From Bugula neritina (taxonomy: Eukaryota > Animalia > Bryozoa), in the NCBI GenBank assembly GCA_964035545.1, contig OZ037766.1:7306722-7370721 (forward strand): 64,000 nucleotides of DNA. Reading direction: 5' to 3'. The notes beneath the pieces are model-generated. The model was not told the origin of the DNA. It searched no databases and saw only the letters and a list, made by a program, of their open reading frames with translations. A program made the translations under genes and the position numbers. Positions 37,568 to 50,655 of the stretch are shown here, piece by piece (position 1 is the first letter of the stretch; the number at the start of each line of letters is the position of its first letter).

Positions 37568-40500
37568 TGGCGTATAACTTCAAGTTATTAGGTAACTGCA
37601 AATCTAACAGAAACTGAAAGAGACAAGCCCTCACCCCAGGTGGGTAGGCCTAGGAGTGGTTAGTAAGACTGAATCAGTGAATGGTACAACCGTTTAGTTT
37701 TAAGCAAAATACAAGCTACAAGTAAATATTACTATCAGTGATAAGTATTAGCATGAAGTTGACAATCACAATGGTTGTGGCTGTGGGTTTGATTTTCATT
37801 TTGAAGTCAGTCAAATAAAAAGTTTTTTCAATTACTGAATTATTAATACTTGTATTAGAATAAGTATTACAATTTATTCAATACTATTAACAATTGCTTT
37901 TTGTTATAATGGCAATAATATTTATTGATAATGAGTAAGCCTTGGGTAAATAAATGGGTTGCGACTTACAGCTCAGCCAGTCAATGCTTAATTTTAGGGG
38001 GAGGGTGCTACTTCAGTTTTCATCATTAGAATAATGTAAGGGTTAATTTTGCTTTAGTTTTTGTTATTATAATTATGTTTTGAAATTAAAATTAATAGTA
38101 TAATCTATTAATAGTAGCTGAACAATGTGTTTACTTAAAATTAAATATAAGGTTGATACAATAATAGTAACTAGTAGTAAACTTACAATTATATGGAGGG
38201 TACTGTGGATTAATTGTTATTCTAATGGTAACTAAGATTAATAGTTCAATTTATTTTTCTAGAAAGAAATAATAATACTTGACCAGTGTTTTTTATAGAA
38301 TGTCATATAACTGTTTATTATCTCTGTAATATAATCAGACAACATAGCATTTACATGTCTATGTATTTGCACTTGTATTATAGCAGTAACATCATATGAC
38401 AATACAGAAATAGTGAGTAACCTACTTTTTGCTGAGCAATATCTGATATTAATCAGAGTTTGCATCAAGTGATGAACTTTTCACCAGCCGCTGTGGTCAA
38501 TTGAAGAGCTAGGGGTAGTTGGACCAATTTGTTCAAGTTAGTAAGATATACTCAGATGCAGATTCATATTTGTGGTGTTTATAACAGAATGCTGTTTATA
38601 TGTAATAAGTTCAGTAATATTGTAATATAAATCTAGAAGCAAAACCGTAGCTCATCTGAGATATGAATCTTTAGAGCTACAGCTTATAATTTAAAGGAAC
38701 CTACCAGTCTATAAAAGTTGCCGGAGCTGTAAAATATTAACAATAAGCTGCAAGCTTTTGTTTCTAACTTTTAATACAACTTTAAATACACATTGGACTT
38801 GCAATATAATTGTCACTCTGGCAAGCTCTATAATCTTGATAACATAACACTATGCTGAAAAGCTACTTTAATTTGCTGGCTACATTAGTCTAAAGTAGTA
38901 ATTTCTGGGCATTTTTTCTCTAGTATTTTTAATTTTATTGCCCATCGCTTACTTCTGTTCTACTTTGAAGCTCTGAAGTTCGCGTTATCATAAAACTAAT
39001 GGTAGTTATTGCTAACTTTCATAGCATGTTATTCTTAGCTGCCGCAACACACAGCTTAATCACTTAGCTGGCTTGAAAGTTTAAACTTTCAAGCCAGCAA
39101 AATAATACATATGTTTGAGTATACTGAAGTTAAAATTATTTGCTTTGTTTTTGATAAAATATCATTGGTTGCTGAAATGACTATGGACTTTTTTATTTTT
39201 AAAAGTGTCATGAAATTTGTAAATAAGCAAGAATTGCAAAAATTAAAAACTGCCCTTTTCTTTCACAAGTTGAGTTCATTCTCATTGTCAGAAATAGCAG
39301 TTTACTAACCACTTGTTTTCAATTTATGTTGGTTCAAGTACATGAAAAAACTTATTTTTGTAGATAATTGGTTATCTTAGAAGTCCAGGAAAATGCTGTT
39401 AGTTTGAAGTTGGCTACTCACATTGAAATGCATGGTATTGTAAGTGTTGTCTTCTCTTTTCTATTATGTGTTGGGAAGAACAATTCTCATGTCTTTAAAT
39501 CCAGCCTCATGTAACTGCTGTATTCTGTATCTTAATTGTGATGCTATGCTACAGTTTGCAATAGTCTATTTTCTCGTGTATATTGTGGTGTGTAATGGTT
39601 TGAAAATGCGATTCTTTAATATTAATGTCTTGGGCTTACTTTTAAATTGATTGCCAATATCCACTAGCCTTTAGATTGGAATAAATTGGTGATTTAAATA
39701 TTTCGATAATGCCTTTGGATATTCTGAGTAGACATTATCAGTGTAAATGGGAATCATGTTCTGCAGAGATGGGCTAATTCTACAGTTTAACTTAACACTA
39801 GCAACACAAGTAAGAAAGGACAACTCTCATATTATAGGCAACCTCATTGGTTAACTTTTCATTTATCATATTTTACTAAACTTTTCTAGCTATTATTTTA
39901 ATTCTCTCATGGAAATTTAAATTCTTTTACTTTTATGGTATATGTGTTTCCTAGTTACTGAAAATTTTCTCATATTTTCTGAATCTAATTTTCAGTAGAG
40001 TGTATGCTGGCCAACCTACCCAACAATGATCGAGTGGTAGTCTATTTTTATGCTATTCATCTTTTAAAATTTCCCTGAAGTTAGCAGTAGCTTTGAAATT
40101 TGCTATAATCCGAACTACGCAACCACAATTACAACAGACGAAACTCCTTTTCTAGTAAAAGTGCCAATCATCCTGAATACCAAAATTAGAACTTTCCTTC
40201 TAAGCGTGCAATAATTATTGTGAATGCACATGACTAAATATTTTTTTAGGCAAAGTTCTCAGTATTAGATTGAATGAATTAGCACTTACTACATTTACTC
40301 CTATCTCACCAGTTGTTGGACTGTAAAGTACAATGGCTTATGCTAATATGACTGGTGATGTCAAGCAGCAATGTAAGCCGAACTTTGATACAAATCTACC
40401 TAGCTATTTAGTGAGCTCTCAGTAAGAAAATAAACTGATGCGATATTACACTATAAAGTAGAAGCTGAAGTGATGTATGACTTTGTACAAAACTCAGTGA

Positions 40501-42309
40501 ACACTTTTAATGGTCTTGCAAGCTTTCAGTATTTTAAGAATGCACTACAACCAAGTAGTTTTCATTTCTGTCTATTGCCAGTTTTTGTGTCTACGCAAAC
40601 TAAAAGGTAGTTGATTCATAAAAGTTTGCACAATTTTGATCTCAGAAATAGTCACCCATTAGTTGGTCAATTTTAAAATTAGTTTTTCATCTACCCACTT
40701 GTGACTAATACTTTTTAAGAGTTGTAACTATTTGAATAGATACTTATTTAGTAAATGGGTGTAAGTCATAAAATTGCATATTTGGAAAACCCACAATCCA
40801 TGAAATTTCATCATGTTAGCAGTGGTTGATGTAAGAGACCAATTTGCAAGCTAGACTCTATTAATGACTAATAAGCTCCTTTTACATACGCATGTAGCCT
40901 GTTTTTGTACCGGATCATATTTCAATTGTAGACTGTTACATAATAATTCAACTGGTTACTTAAGCAAGCATTGGAATCCTAAACTTTTCTGCAATGTTTT
41001 CGTTTTTCAGATATTAACAAAAGCCTGGATAGAGGGTGGATATTAATTGTTTGAGCTTTTTTACTGTTCATTCGTCTAGTAATAAGCATTAGTCAACATC
41101 AATATCACCTGCATGAATCGTAATTGGCTAATTAAACAAATAATCAATAATTTTGTTTAGTTCTTATTTCCTACTTCCTTCATACCACTCAGGTTTAGAA
41201 GTGTAAACCCTATCCAATGCACAGCCAATAGACTTTTTGATCAACTTGAAATATGATAATTAGTTTGTCCTAGGTGCTGCTATGACGTAACTTATTTAAG
41301 TTCTAGATTAATTGTTCTCATTTCCAACTCTGTATTGATCACTACTCTTTGCTAATCCTAGTTGGATAATATAGTAACTACCTCATAATTGCATTAATAA
41401 AAATTCCAGCTTCCCAGTAAATGAATCATTTGCTTGTAGAATTTGAGCAATTTTTTGCAGTTTTTCTGTAATCATTGTGATAATAGGAAATTATTAAAAT
41501 TGAGTCACTGTTATAATATTGATAGTGAAGTTGTGACTAATTTATTTGGTGGTCCAGTGACTATCAGCTTTTTCACACACCCATTATAATAATAATATGT
41601 TGCTAATAGTGTAACTTTTATTATAGTTTCCTAGGTATACCACTGTTATAGTTTACTATAGATGTGGCATATTGTGCATATGTTTTCATCTTTATTTATT
41701 CCTAAAATCACCAGTTGCCATTGGTTATTACAAGCCAACCATTAGGTAAGATTATGGTAGTTTTGAACAGTAACTTTTTTAGACTAATCAATTAGAGTAG
41801 TATAATCGTTCTACAGAAATTTTCAATCTAAAAATAGTTTGAAATTGTAAAGCAGAAAAAATGAGCTGCTGCCTTCATCAAAACGACTGTCTACATTTCC
41901 GTTTAATGGTCTGTGTGCCGAAAATGTTTGCAAAACTTTGCTATGTTAGTTTTTGGTAGAACCCAAGGTGTTTGGCAGTCGATATCTTGAAACATTTGAA
42001 TAGAATGGAACCAAGGCCAGCTTTATAGATAGTTGCCATCCAATGTTCAAAGCCAACATTTTCCCTTTAAAAATAACCCCTTACAGGTCTCATATTATGG
42101 TCATATTCACTACTTTCTAGTGCATATGATTTAGGCCTATGAACAAATGATGTTTAGTATATATTTATATGTATTTTTCATTCATTTTGTGCTTTACTGC
42201 TGGTTCCTAGAAAACATTAGTAAGTTGTAGAAATAGTACAATTGTAATTGGCAGATGGGGGAAGGAGCTGAAATGATAGTTTCATGATAGTTGTTCCCAT
42301 GCTCTAGAG

Positions 42310-42523
42310 CAGGGGTGGATAACTGGGCTCTTTGCCCATTTTTCAGTGGCCCTTTTAATGCTCAAGATAAGTAACAACTGTTATAAGCATTCTGGTTAAT
42401 GCAGTATAGATTTAGTGACAATTTTTTTATTATAATAAAATTAATATGTGTACAATCATGTGTCCCTTTGGTTTGACGGACTTCTGAACTTGGCCCCCAT
42501 GCAAAAGAAGTTGCCCACCCCTG
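42310..42523. mobile_element. Non-autonomous hAT-type DNA transposon (MITE), 214 bp
   Basis: TIRs CAGGGGTGGATAACT and AGTTGCCCACCCCTG match at 13/15. The 8-bp TSD is CTCTAGAG (42302-42309) / CTATAGAG (42524-42531). CAG-G ends and an 8-bp TSD with central TA are typical of Buster/Charlie-like hATs. Confidence 0.85.
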
Positions 42524-42671
42524 CTATAGAGCTAGCGAAATGTGCGTTTTAAGTTTTGTAGGATAAGCTCTTATTTAGTTTTATTTGAAGCCATGAAATT
42601 GAGTTTCTCAAAACCTGACCTTTTTAGTGGTCATGGTACTTGGATCTGTGCCAAAGACTCCAGAAGAGTCC

Positions 42672-42787
42672 CTGGCAGGTACCTGGCAGGTACCTGGCTG
42701 GTACCTGGCTGGTACCTGGCTGGTACCTGGCTGGTACCTGGCTGGTACCTGGCTGGTACCTGGCTGGTACCTGGCTGGTACCGGCTA
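42672..42787. repeat. 11-bp minisatellite (GGTACCTGGCT)n, ~10 copies
   Basis: Direct tandem array. It explains ORFs 42542-42835 and 42631-42816. Confidence 0.95.
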
Positions 42788-43920
42788 TCATTCATAAATA
42801 AGTCACATGGCCTCATCTGTCCTTTATCTGCTTAAAGTATTTCAAATATGCCAAGAACCGGGAAGTTACAAGCTTTATGTTTGCTCAAAGATTTAATCTC
42901 AGTTGGTGAGCATCCTATTCCACACCAGACTGGTGTGATTATCACAGCCCATCTACTCGTTATCTGCCAGCTAAGGAGCAGTTTGTTATTATGTAACAAA
43001 GGCCCACTTTATCACTACAAGCGTACTTGCATTTTTGTTTTAATTTATGCTCCTTAAATATGCTAAGTTTACAAGGTTTTCGAATAATGTCGTTTCTTTC
43101 ATCCTGGCTTGTGTTTTGTAAACATTTGTTTATTATTAGGATTAAGGCTTTCAGTGCTGCCAGAACTTGTAGCTGTCTTGGAGGCATTTTACACTCTATC
43201 TAGTACATATTAAATTCTTCAAATCTTCCTGTTTGCCATGGTATACCAACTGCTCTTTCTGTTATTTTGTTTGAGATGTGCAATGCTGTCCATTACTGTA
43301 ATGTAGAAGTATACATACCAGGAAATGGTGCATAGTCATTAAACTGGTTTATATAAAGTTTTTTCCTTGTTTTTTAGGAAAGTATATCTATGCATATTCG
43401 CACCATGAGCACCAGCTGAGTGAGGTGATCTGTGAGTCAGTGATGTGATCGGCCTATTATGACTCAGAGTATCAGGTTTCCCTTTTTTCTACTATAATGG
43501 TCTATTTTTAGACAGGTTAGCGGATCACCAGTTTTATTCAATAATTTTGTTACAATAAATTTCTATTGAGCTGATGTATAGATTTTATTGATAAATCAGT
43601 CATAGCTATAATTATTTCCGGTGAATAGCTATAATTATATCTAATGACTAGCTCTATTATAATAATTTTTATGAATGAAACGAGTTGGGAATGGATAATG
43701 TTAATTAACTAGGGTTCCTCAAAGTTTATTGATCAGTCAGAAGTTTGCTATTTATAATATAGAGTATTAGGTCAGATTTACTTGGCTGGCTGCCAAAAAG
43801 TTAAAAATACCAATTAGAATCTAAACTGGGTGACTCTAACTCCGAACCTCTCTCAATGTTAAATCGGTGGATCCCAGTTAGATGCTAGGCTAAATTTCCC
43901 ACTTTCCCACATGGAAGCTT

Positions 43921-44317
43921 TCCAGTTAGACGCTATTTATTCATTTTGGTACAATATAATATTATGTTTTATGTGCAATTTATTTGAATATTATGAAATA
44001 TACGTATATACTTAAATTAACTTGGATCAATTGCTTGTTATTTAGCACATGGATGAATTTCTTTGATTTGCATTAACTTATTATTTTCCATTTTCTATAC
44101 TTCTTGTTGTTTGAAGATATATAGTTAATAAGTATTCATTAAAGATAATGTCTATTATTACTGTTATATTATTGTTTTTTCCACACAAAGCCGTGAAAAT
44201 TGGACTACATATTCCAAATAATTTATATTAGCTATTATAGCTATAAGCATATTAGCTATTTAGCAATCAATACAACAGTTATATTGGTACCAAAATAAAA
44301 GGTAGCGTCTAATGGGA
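43921..44317. mobile_element. Degenerate MITE-like inverted-repeat element
   Basis: Left arm tccagttagacgctatttattcattttggtacaatat is similar to the reverse complement of right arm atattggtaccaaaataaaaggtagcgtctaatggga. An extra partial copy of the arm lies at ~43871. Confidence 0.5.
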
Positions 44318-46646
44318 TGAAACAGTTGAACATAGATTAAGCAAGTTCTTTGGTGACTTTCAGTCTGTTGCAATATAGAGACATATTAGTGGTTTTATGG
44401 TTTCACATAAGATATAGGTGTTAGCACTATATGCATTACTTCATAAAGTTTTTTTTAGTATTATTCATTGTAAATTAGCCGTGATAGAATACTAATTTTC
44501 CCATAAAAACATTGCTTTTCCCTATTTGTGCTGGTACTGAGCTACCTCTGATACAGAGTGGCGATTTATCCATACTAGTTTATACGACATGCTTATATAA
44601 AGTCACGCCCTTTTGCCCAATGAAATTAGCTCAAAACTAATTTATATTTTTTTCTATGTGTTCAACTTTATTTTGTTTACGACACTGTTTCCTTTTGTTC
44701 TAAGCTGTAACAGTACTGGATCTTTTGTTTCACTGTTGCCATTCCCAAAAATATATCCTTGTATTGCTCAATTTCAAATATTTAAATCAAGAAAATTAAT
44801 TTAAACTAAGCCTGTATCTTAATTTGGAATGGCAACTCTTGGCTGTCTCGGTACAGTTTCTATCTTGAGCAGGCAATATCTCATCTACATTGTATCTAGT
44901 TGTGTATAACATTAGTATTATAATTATTATGTTTTAGCCATACCTGGTGTCAGTAGATGTAGTATTAAATGAAAGCAAAACTAACAAGATCTGACATTTG
45001 AAGGTAAATATGAAACACAGCACTTTATACACTGAAATACATGACAACTGAAGTCGGCTTTGAAATTTTGATAATTGCAATAGTTGCTGCACAGTGTAGA
45101 ATAGTTTTCATTTTATTGCTTTACAATGTTTGGTAGCTAATGTATCCTATATATTGTAGTATCAATTTGTCTAATAGAGACAATACATTTATATTTGGTA
45201 ATGATTATAGCCGGTTAAACTTTTTCACCTTTCTCCGCTTTCACCTGTTCACTTTCTGGTTATATATGTTTTTGTAAAGCTGCTATTGCAAATAAACTAA
45301 GGATGACTTGAGGGGAAGTAAATTTGTTAAAAACTAAACCATTTTGTCCTAATGTTTAATTTTGGAAATTTTAAATGCAAACGACTTCTTTTTGTAGCTT
45401 CTTGCTATTTTATTTGACATTTATTGCTATAAGCTTGATTAGAGCTGCATTTCTTTGTTTATTGAGTTCCTGATGCCAACATTTACCAAGTTCTACTTTT
45501 TTGAAGTTGTAGATAAAGTAGAGGCAGTTGTTATCTATTGGTTTGGCTGTGTCTTTCAAGCTTTGTGTTTGTTTTACCATCTGTGAGTTACTTTTAGTGG
45601 CAATTGCCTACTTACAGGGATCAATGCTTATCTCATATGATGATACTTAGATGTGACGTCATAGTCAGCACCCCTTGGGTGTTTATTTCAACTCCCCAGT
45701 CGTGTAGACTCCTTGCTTGGACAGTTCCAAGAAATCGTGATAAGAGTTTATATGGGCCCTGATGTCCAACTTACATAATCTTGACTCATATAACGTGCAG
45801 TGAAATGACTTTTAGTGTCCTAGTACATCAATTGTTGTTACGCTCAAGAGATACACCATCTACATCTTTTAATTGATGTACTTAAGAAGTCCCTTAGAAA
45901 ACTTTGTTATGCAATAGTTTGTTTTATTAATATGTGTTACAATGTTATTAGTATTACGTTGGAATGCAAGTAATTGGTATGAAAATAGTAAAACAAAACT
46001 TCTTTAAAACTTTAACCAACTGTCAACTTTCCATGCTTATTATTTCACTGTAAGTAAATATTACAGTTTTCTCAATAGTTATCTAACCTACAATTATTTA
46101 TGTTGTACTATCAAATAGACTACCTAGTCCATGTAGGTTGCTCATCACGCCATGTGTGTTGTATAGTATGCTTAACATCACTGTGAGCTATAAAACTGCC
46201 AATATATTGTAGATAAACTTTTTTTGCATAAATGAAATGTTTAAAGCTGCGCTTTGCTAAATATTATCCTCATTTTATAAGGAACAAAAGTACCCAACTA
46301 GTATAGATATAATGAACTAGCTATTATCAACTGCAGTAATTACCTAAAGATGTATGCACAACACTTTACTTTCCTCCTTTATGTTCCAATAATTCTATTT
46401 ATAACTCATATGTCTATATTTAGATTGAAAGTAGATAAGACAGCATATTTTGGATAATTTTAGGACCCATATTTAAAATAAGTTCTATTTTTGAACCTGT
46501 AGTGGTATGTTTTCTAGGAAAATATTTTATCCATTACCATTAATGAATATGCTTTATTTATTATGCAACCTACAGCTTATGTGCTATCCCAAGCTACTGT
46601 GCATCCGCTAGTTTTAAACTTTCAACAAAGCTTAGAGCAAGTGTTG

Positions 46647-46654
<8 letters not shown>

Positions 46655-46737
<83 letters not shown>
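46655..46737. repeat. (TA)n microsatellite
   Basis: Perfect TA run of ~40 units. Confidence 0.97.
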
Positions 46738-46742
<5 letters not shown>

Positions 46743-49700
46743 TGTCGCAGACAGAGAAAAGAGCAAAGAGTAGAAGTTATAAGTTATAGTGTGGTTTCAA
46801 GTGAGAAGATAAGTGTCTGAATAACAGAAAATTCTGGGTTTATATACCAGTCTAAAAAGTTAGCTACTTTGTAGTAGCTAGAATCATTGTAGAAAAAGCG
46901 TAATGTAGCTAACATAGCTATGCTAATACAAGTAGAGCTATAATGAAATAGGAAAAGCTCTCCCAGCTCATGTAATGTCCCAACAGAAAGAAACCAGTTT
47001 CCAACATGAAGTTTTAAAACTACACTTTTTCTATTTTACCTTTTCCTGTTTCTGTTTTGAAAATTTCCTGTATAAGTTAAAAGCTTCTCTATTTTGCTAT
47101 CTAAAAGCAACAACTAACAATCTTGTATAAGACTCTGCTTTCCAACAAACCACACATTTTTAGAGTTTTGTTCAAGTTTTGTAACTAACTTGGTTTATCC
47201 TTGAATGTTAATATTTGATGTTTTTCACCCACAGCTTGAATCATGTGATAATCTAAATATTTTTTGTAAAAAAGTAGCTTTTTATGCAGGGTTGAAATAG
47301 ATGTTAAATACCAGTTTGAGAAAAATATCCGTTATGGCTATTTTTGTTTAAACTGAGAACACATGTTAAATACTAAGTTAAATTATCATACTTTTCAACT
47401 TCCACAAAGAAATCTGTGATCTTTTTAAAGGTGTAGATATTGGCCAGAGACTACACAATGTATGCTCTTTCTGGGGTTCCACGTGGGTTTTATATTGGTT
47501 GGTTCTCTTTGTCATCGGTTCATCAACTAATGGATTTACCTCAACACTTTCACGCTGACTGTTTAGGTTAGCAGCAGCGACATCTCTTTAGACTTCAGTC
47601 CTTCATTTTTCTCCTTGTTTAGATATATTTGCTAAGCTTTGGAAAAATTGATCGTACCTAAACATAATGCATTAGGATAAAAATAATAGTGAATAACTAA
47701 GCCTTGTTATTGGCTTGATGAAAACCATCAGTGCAATGAGTAATTGGAATTTCCCTGGAATACCCTTTACTCTTAGCATTTTCTTATGGTGGTATTAAAA
47801 AGTTTTCCAAAGTACTTTTTCGGCCTACGATTAAACCCCTCCGTGTGATAGGGTGATTTGTCTTCCAACATTAACCCACCTTGCTGTGGAAAGTTACAAT
47901 TAGCACTAATGATTTTCATATTATATACAAATAATGTATATAGGTTGCTATCCAGGTAGTCTGGGGGAGAACTTTAAGGAATGCCCTAGGGCCTGGCCTT
48001 TAGTCCCCTCGTCTTTATTGTAATTTGGCAAGGCGCCAACAAATATGGCCACGGTTACACTTGACTCTCCCTACTCTGATATGATATATTGAAAGCCAAC
48101 CTACTACGCTATCATATAACATGCTAAAAATATGGTTTGGATTTTTGGAAAACTGATATAGTTGTGTTCTGCATAAGCTGCAGTCCAATGGCTTTGCTTC
48201 CTGAATTGTAAGCTGCTATTAGGAGGGGGAAAAGTATTTCCACGGTCATTGCTGTATCTTTAATAGGTTGGCTTGTTTGGAAATTGTCTCTAAAGTACTT
48301 GAAAATTAGTCTAGAGAACAAAAACAAACTAATTTCAGTCATTGCGGTAGGATTTTTAAAAATCAAAAATATTTAAGATGTTTTTATATCAATAAACAAT
48401 GATGCATGTAGTAACTCTCTCTAATGAGTGATGATTACTGTCATTAGAATGTGGGTAAACTGTAAATTGGTTACCTAATTCTAAAATGTAGTTCCTTTGC
48501 AATTGATGCATTTTGTTCTGGACAATAAATATTAGATAGTTAGTTATTAGGTTTATTAGTCACCTGCCCAGTACCTAGTCATGGTCTTCAGCTGATAAAA
48601 CTTGAAGTAATTTAAAATATTATTATATTTTGTTTTTCTACAAACAGAAACGAGGAAAATGTAGCATCTGTATTGCACACCTCAGGAACTACTAGTATTG
48701 GAATGTATGGTGACTAATGATTACTAACAGAGTAAGGCCTGTGACTCAAAATATGAGGATGCAGTTTACAGAAAACATTACTCACTATCTTTATAGGTAG
48801 CTGCTTACTGTACTGCTTAAAAATATTGAATGATTATGAAAAATTCGGCTCTAGTATTCATTAAAAAGTAAATAATGAATGATACTGTCCATGCCTTTTT
48901 GAGACTGCCATGATATAAAGTTGAATGTTCCAAGGGGCTTTTGTTAAAGTGAGAAATTGGTTTGTTATGTGCTGCTGCTGAAAACTCTGTTTTCTTAGTC
49001 TAAGTGCTGACTGAAACTAATTTAACTTGGCTAGGGAGATAACATTACAGCTATGCCGTTTAGTAATTTCTTTATGATTTTGGTATTCCCTGTAGATGTT
49101 AATATAGTTCCTAAAATTATAAACAAAAAGATGTGTTAATTACTGATCAAATCAAATTTAAAGTAACTGGCTTATGCAGGAAAAAGTTTGTGTCTTTCTC
49201 CTTTAATCAGCTACTGGTGTTAAAAGCAAGTTTGCATAGCAATATGGCTTCATGTAATAGACTGTTGTGAAAATGAATAATATAACGAAATAATTAAATG
49301 GTGTAATACATTTGAAGTAGACAGTGGGATGTTGGAAAGGGACAGGAAAGTATCGAACCTGACTAGAGATATGATGATTAATGATATTCTTCACTACCTG
49401 AGCAGAGAGGTGTGAACTGGTCGACGTGTTACGGATTCAGGAAACGGTAAGGTATAACATTTTGACGGAAACAATTTCCTTTTGCTAAATGTTATAAGTA
49501 TTCCTCAATTTTGCGACCAATGAAAATTAATTAGATATGCAAGGATATTTATCACGAACTCTTTCTGTATTCTCAACTATTTTTCAGTTCCTTATCTTAC
49601 AGTACCTGCAAACTGGTTTATAAAAATAAGTTAATTTGAGTTTAAATGTAAAGCTTGTTTTTAAGATTTCATATAATAGTATTTTTGAATATATTGTATT

Positions 49701-50556
49701 TGATTGAAAGACTTTGAGGCTTCATAATAGTAACTACTGGTGATAACCAACTATTTATTGAATTGCCTAGGCTGGGTTTTGTGTTATTGTCTGTAAATGA
49801 GCTAGTGGCAGGAGCAACATTTCTTCATTGTTGTAGATGCAAAAATTTTGCCAAATTATAATACAGTTTACCCAACTATTTATAGTGAAATGATTGAGCT
49901 GGCTGGTTGAAATGTTTTAAGATCCATAATTTTCAATTTTTTAGTTTTTTGCGTCAAATTTAGTATATATTATAGGCTTAAATTAAATTTAAAACTTCTC
50001 ATCACTTTATTCACTGGGAAATAAATTATTTCTTTGTGGTTTTGGGGTCATTTATTATAGAATTAGAGAAGTCTTACTGCGATTGAGCAGTTTTCTCCTT
50101 GACCTTTTCACATGTACTGTGCTGAAGTGTGGAAAAAGGTTTCGGATTCTTTTCGAACTTCTCCTGCTTATGACATAAATGACATAAAAATATAGTCTCA
50201 GAAAATGTGTTTGCTTTACTCCTCACTGCGTCTCCAATGGTGAATGGTGAATTCATCCACATGTTACATGCAATTAATATCCGTGGTTTTTGTGTAGTGC
50301 TGAAGGTTTCTTCTGTCTTTTCTCTTATAGATAGATAATTCAAAAAATGCTATTAATTGCTGGCCGTTGTTTGCTATGCCTTGTTATATATTCCCAGAAA
50401 GTTTTTTCTGTTCTACAGTCAACTTTGTCCATGGAAGTTGATTGCTGTAGGAGAAATGGTAGATAATTTTCTCAACGAATTTAATGCTATTCTGTTGTAC
50501 GTAGTATTATATAATTTCCTTTTTCGTAATGGAAATTACTAAACCCATTGTAGGTA

Positions 50557-50655
50557 TACACACGTACATACACACATACATGCATACATACACACAACAC
50601 ACACACACGCACACGCGCACACCACACGCGCACACCACACGCGCACACGCGCACC
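50557..50655. repeat. Imperfect (CA)n/(CGCACAC)n microsatellite
   Basis: cataca/cacaca/cgcaca tract. Confidence 0.9.

Noticed and set aside
37050-37634. 194-aa Thr/Ser/Cys-rich ORF and 102-aa Leu/Val ORF
   Set aside because: Translations of simple repeats.
42542-42835. ORFs with repeated YLAGTWLVPGW / RYQPGTSQVPA; possible CRISPR-like array
   Set aside because: A spacer-less 11-bp minisatellite in a eukaryotic genome.
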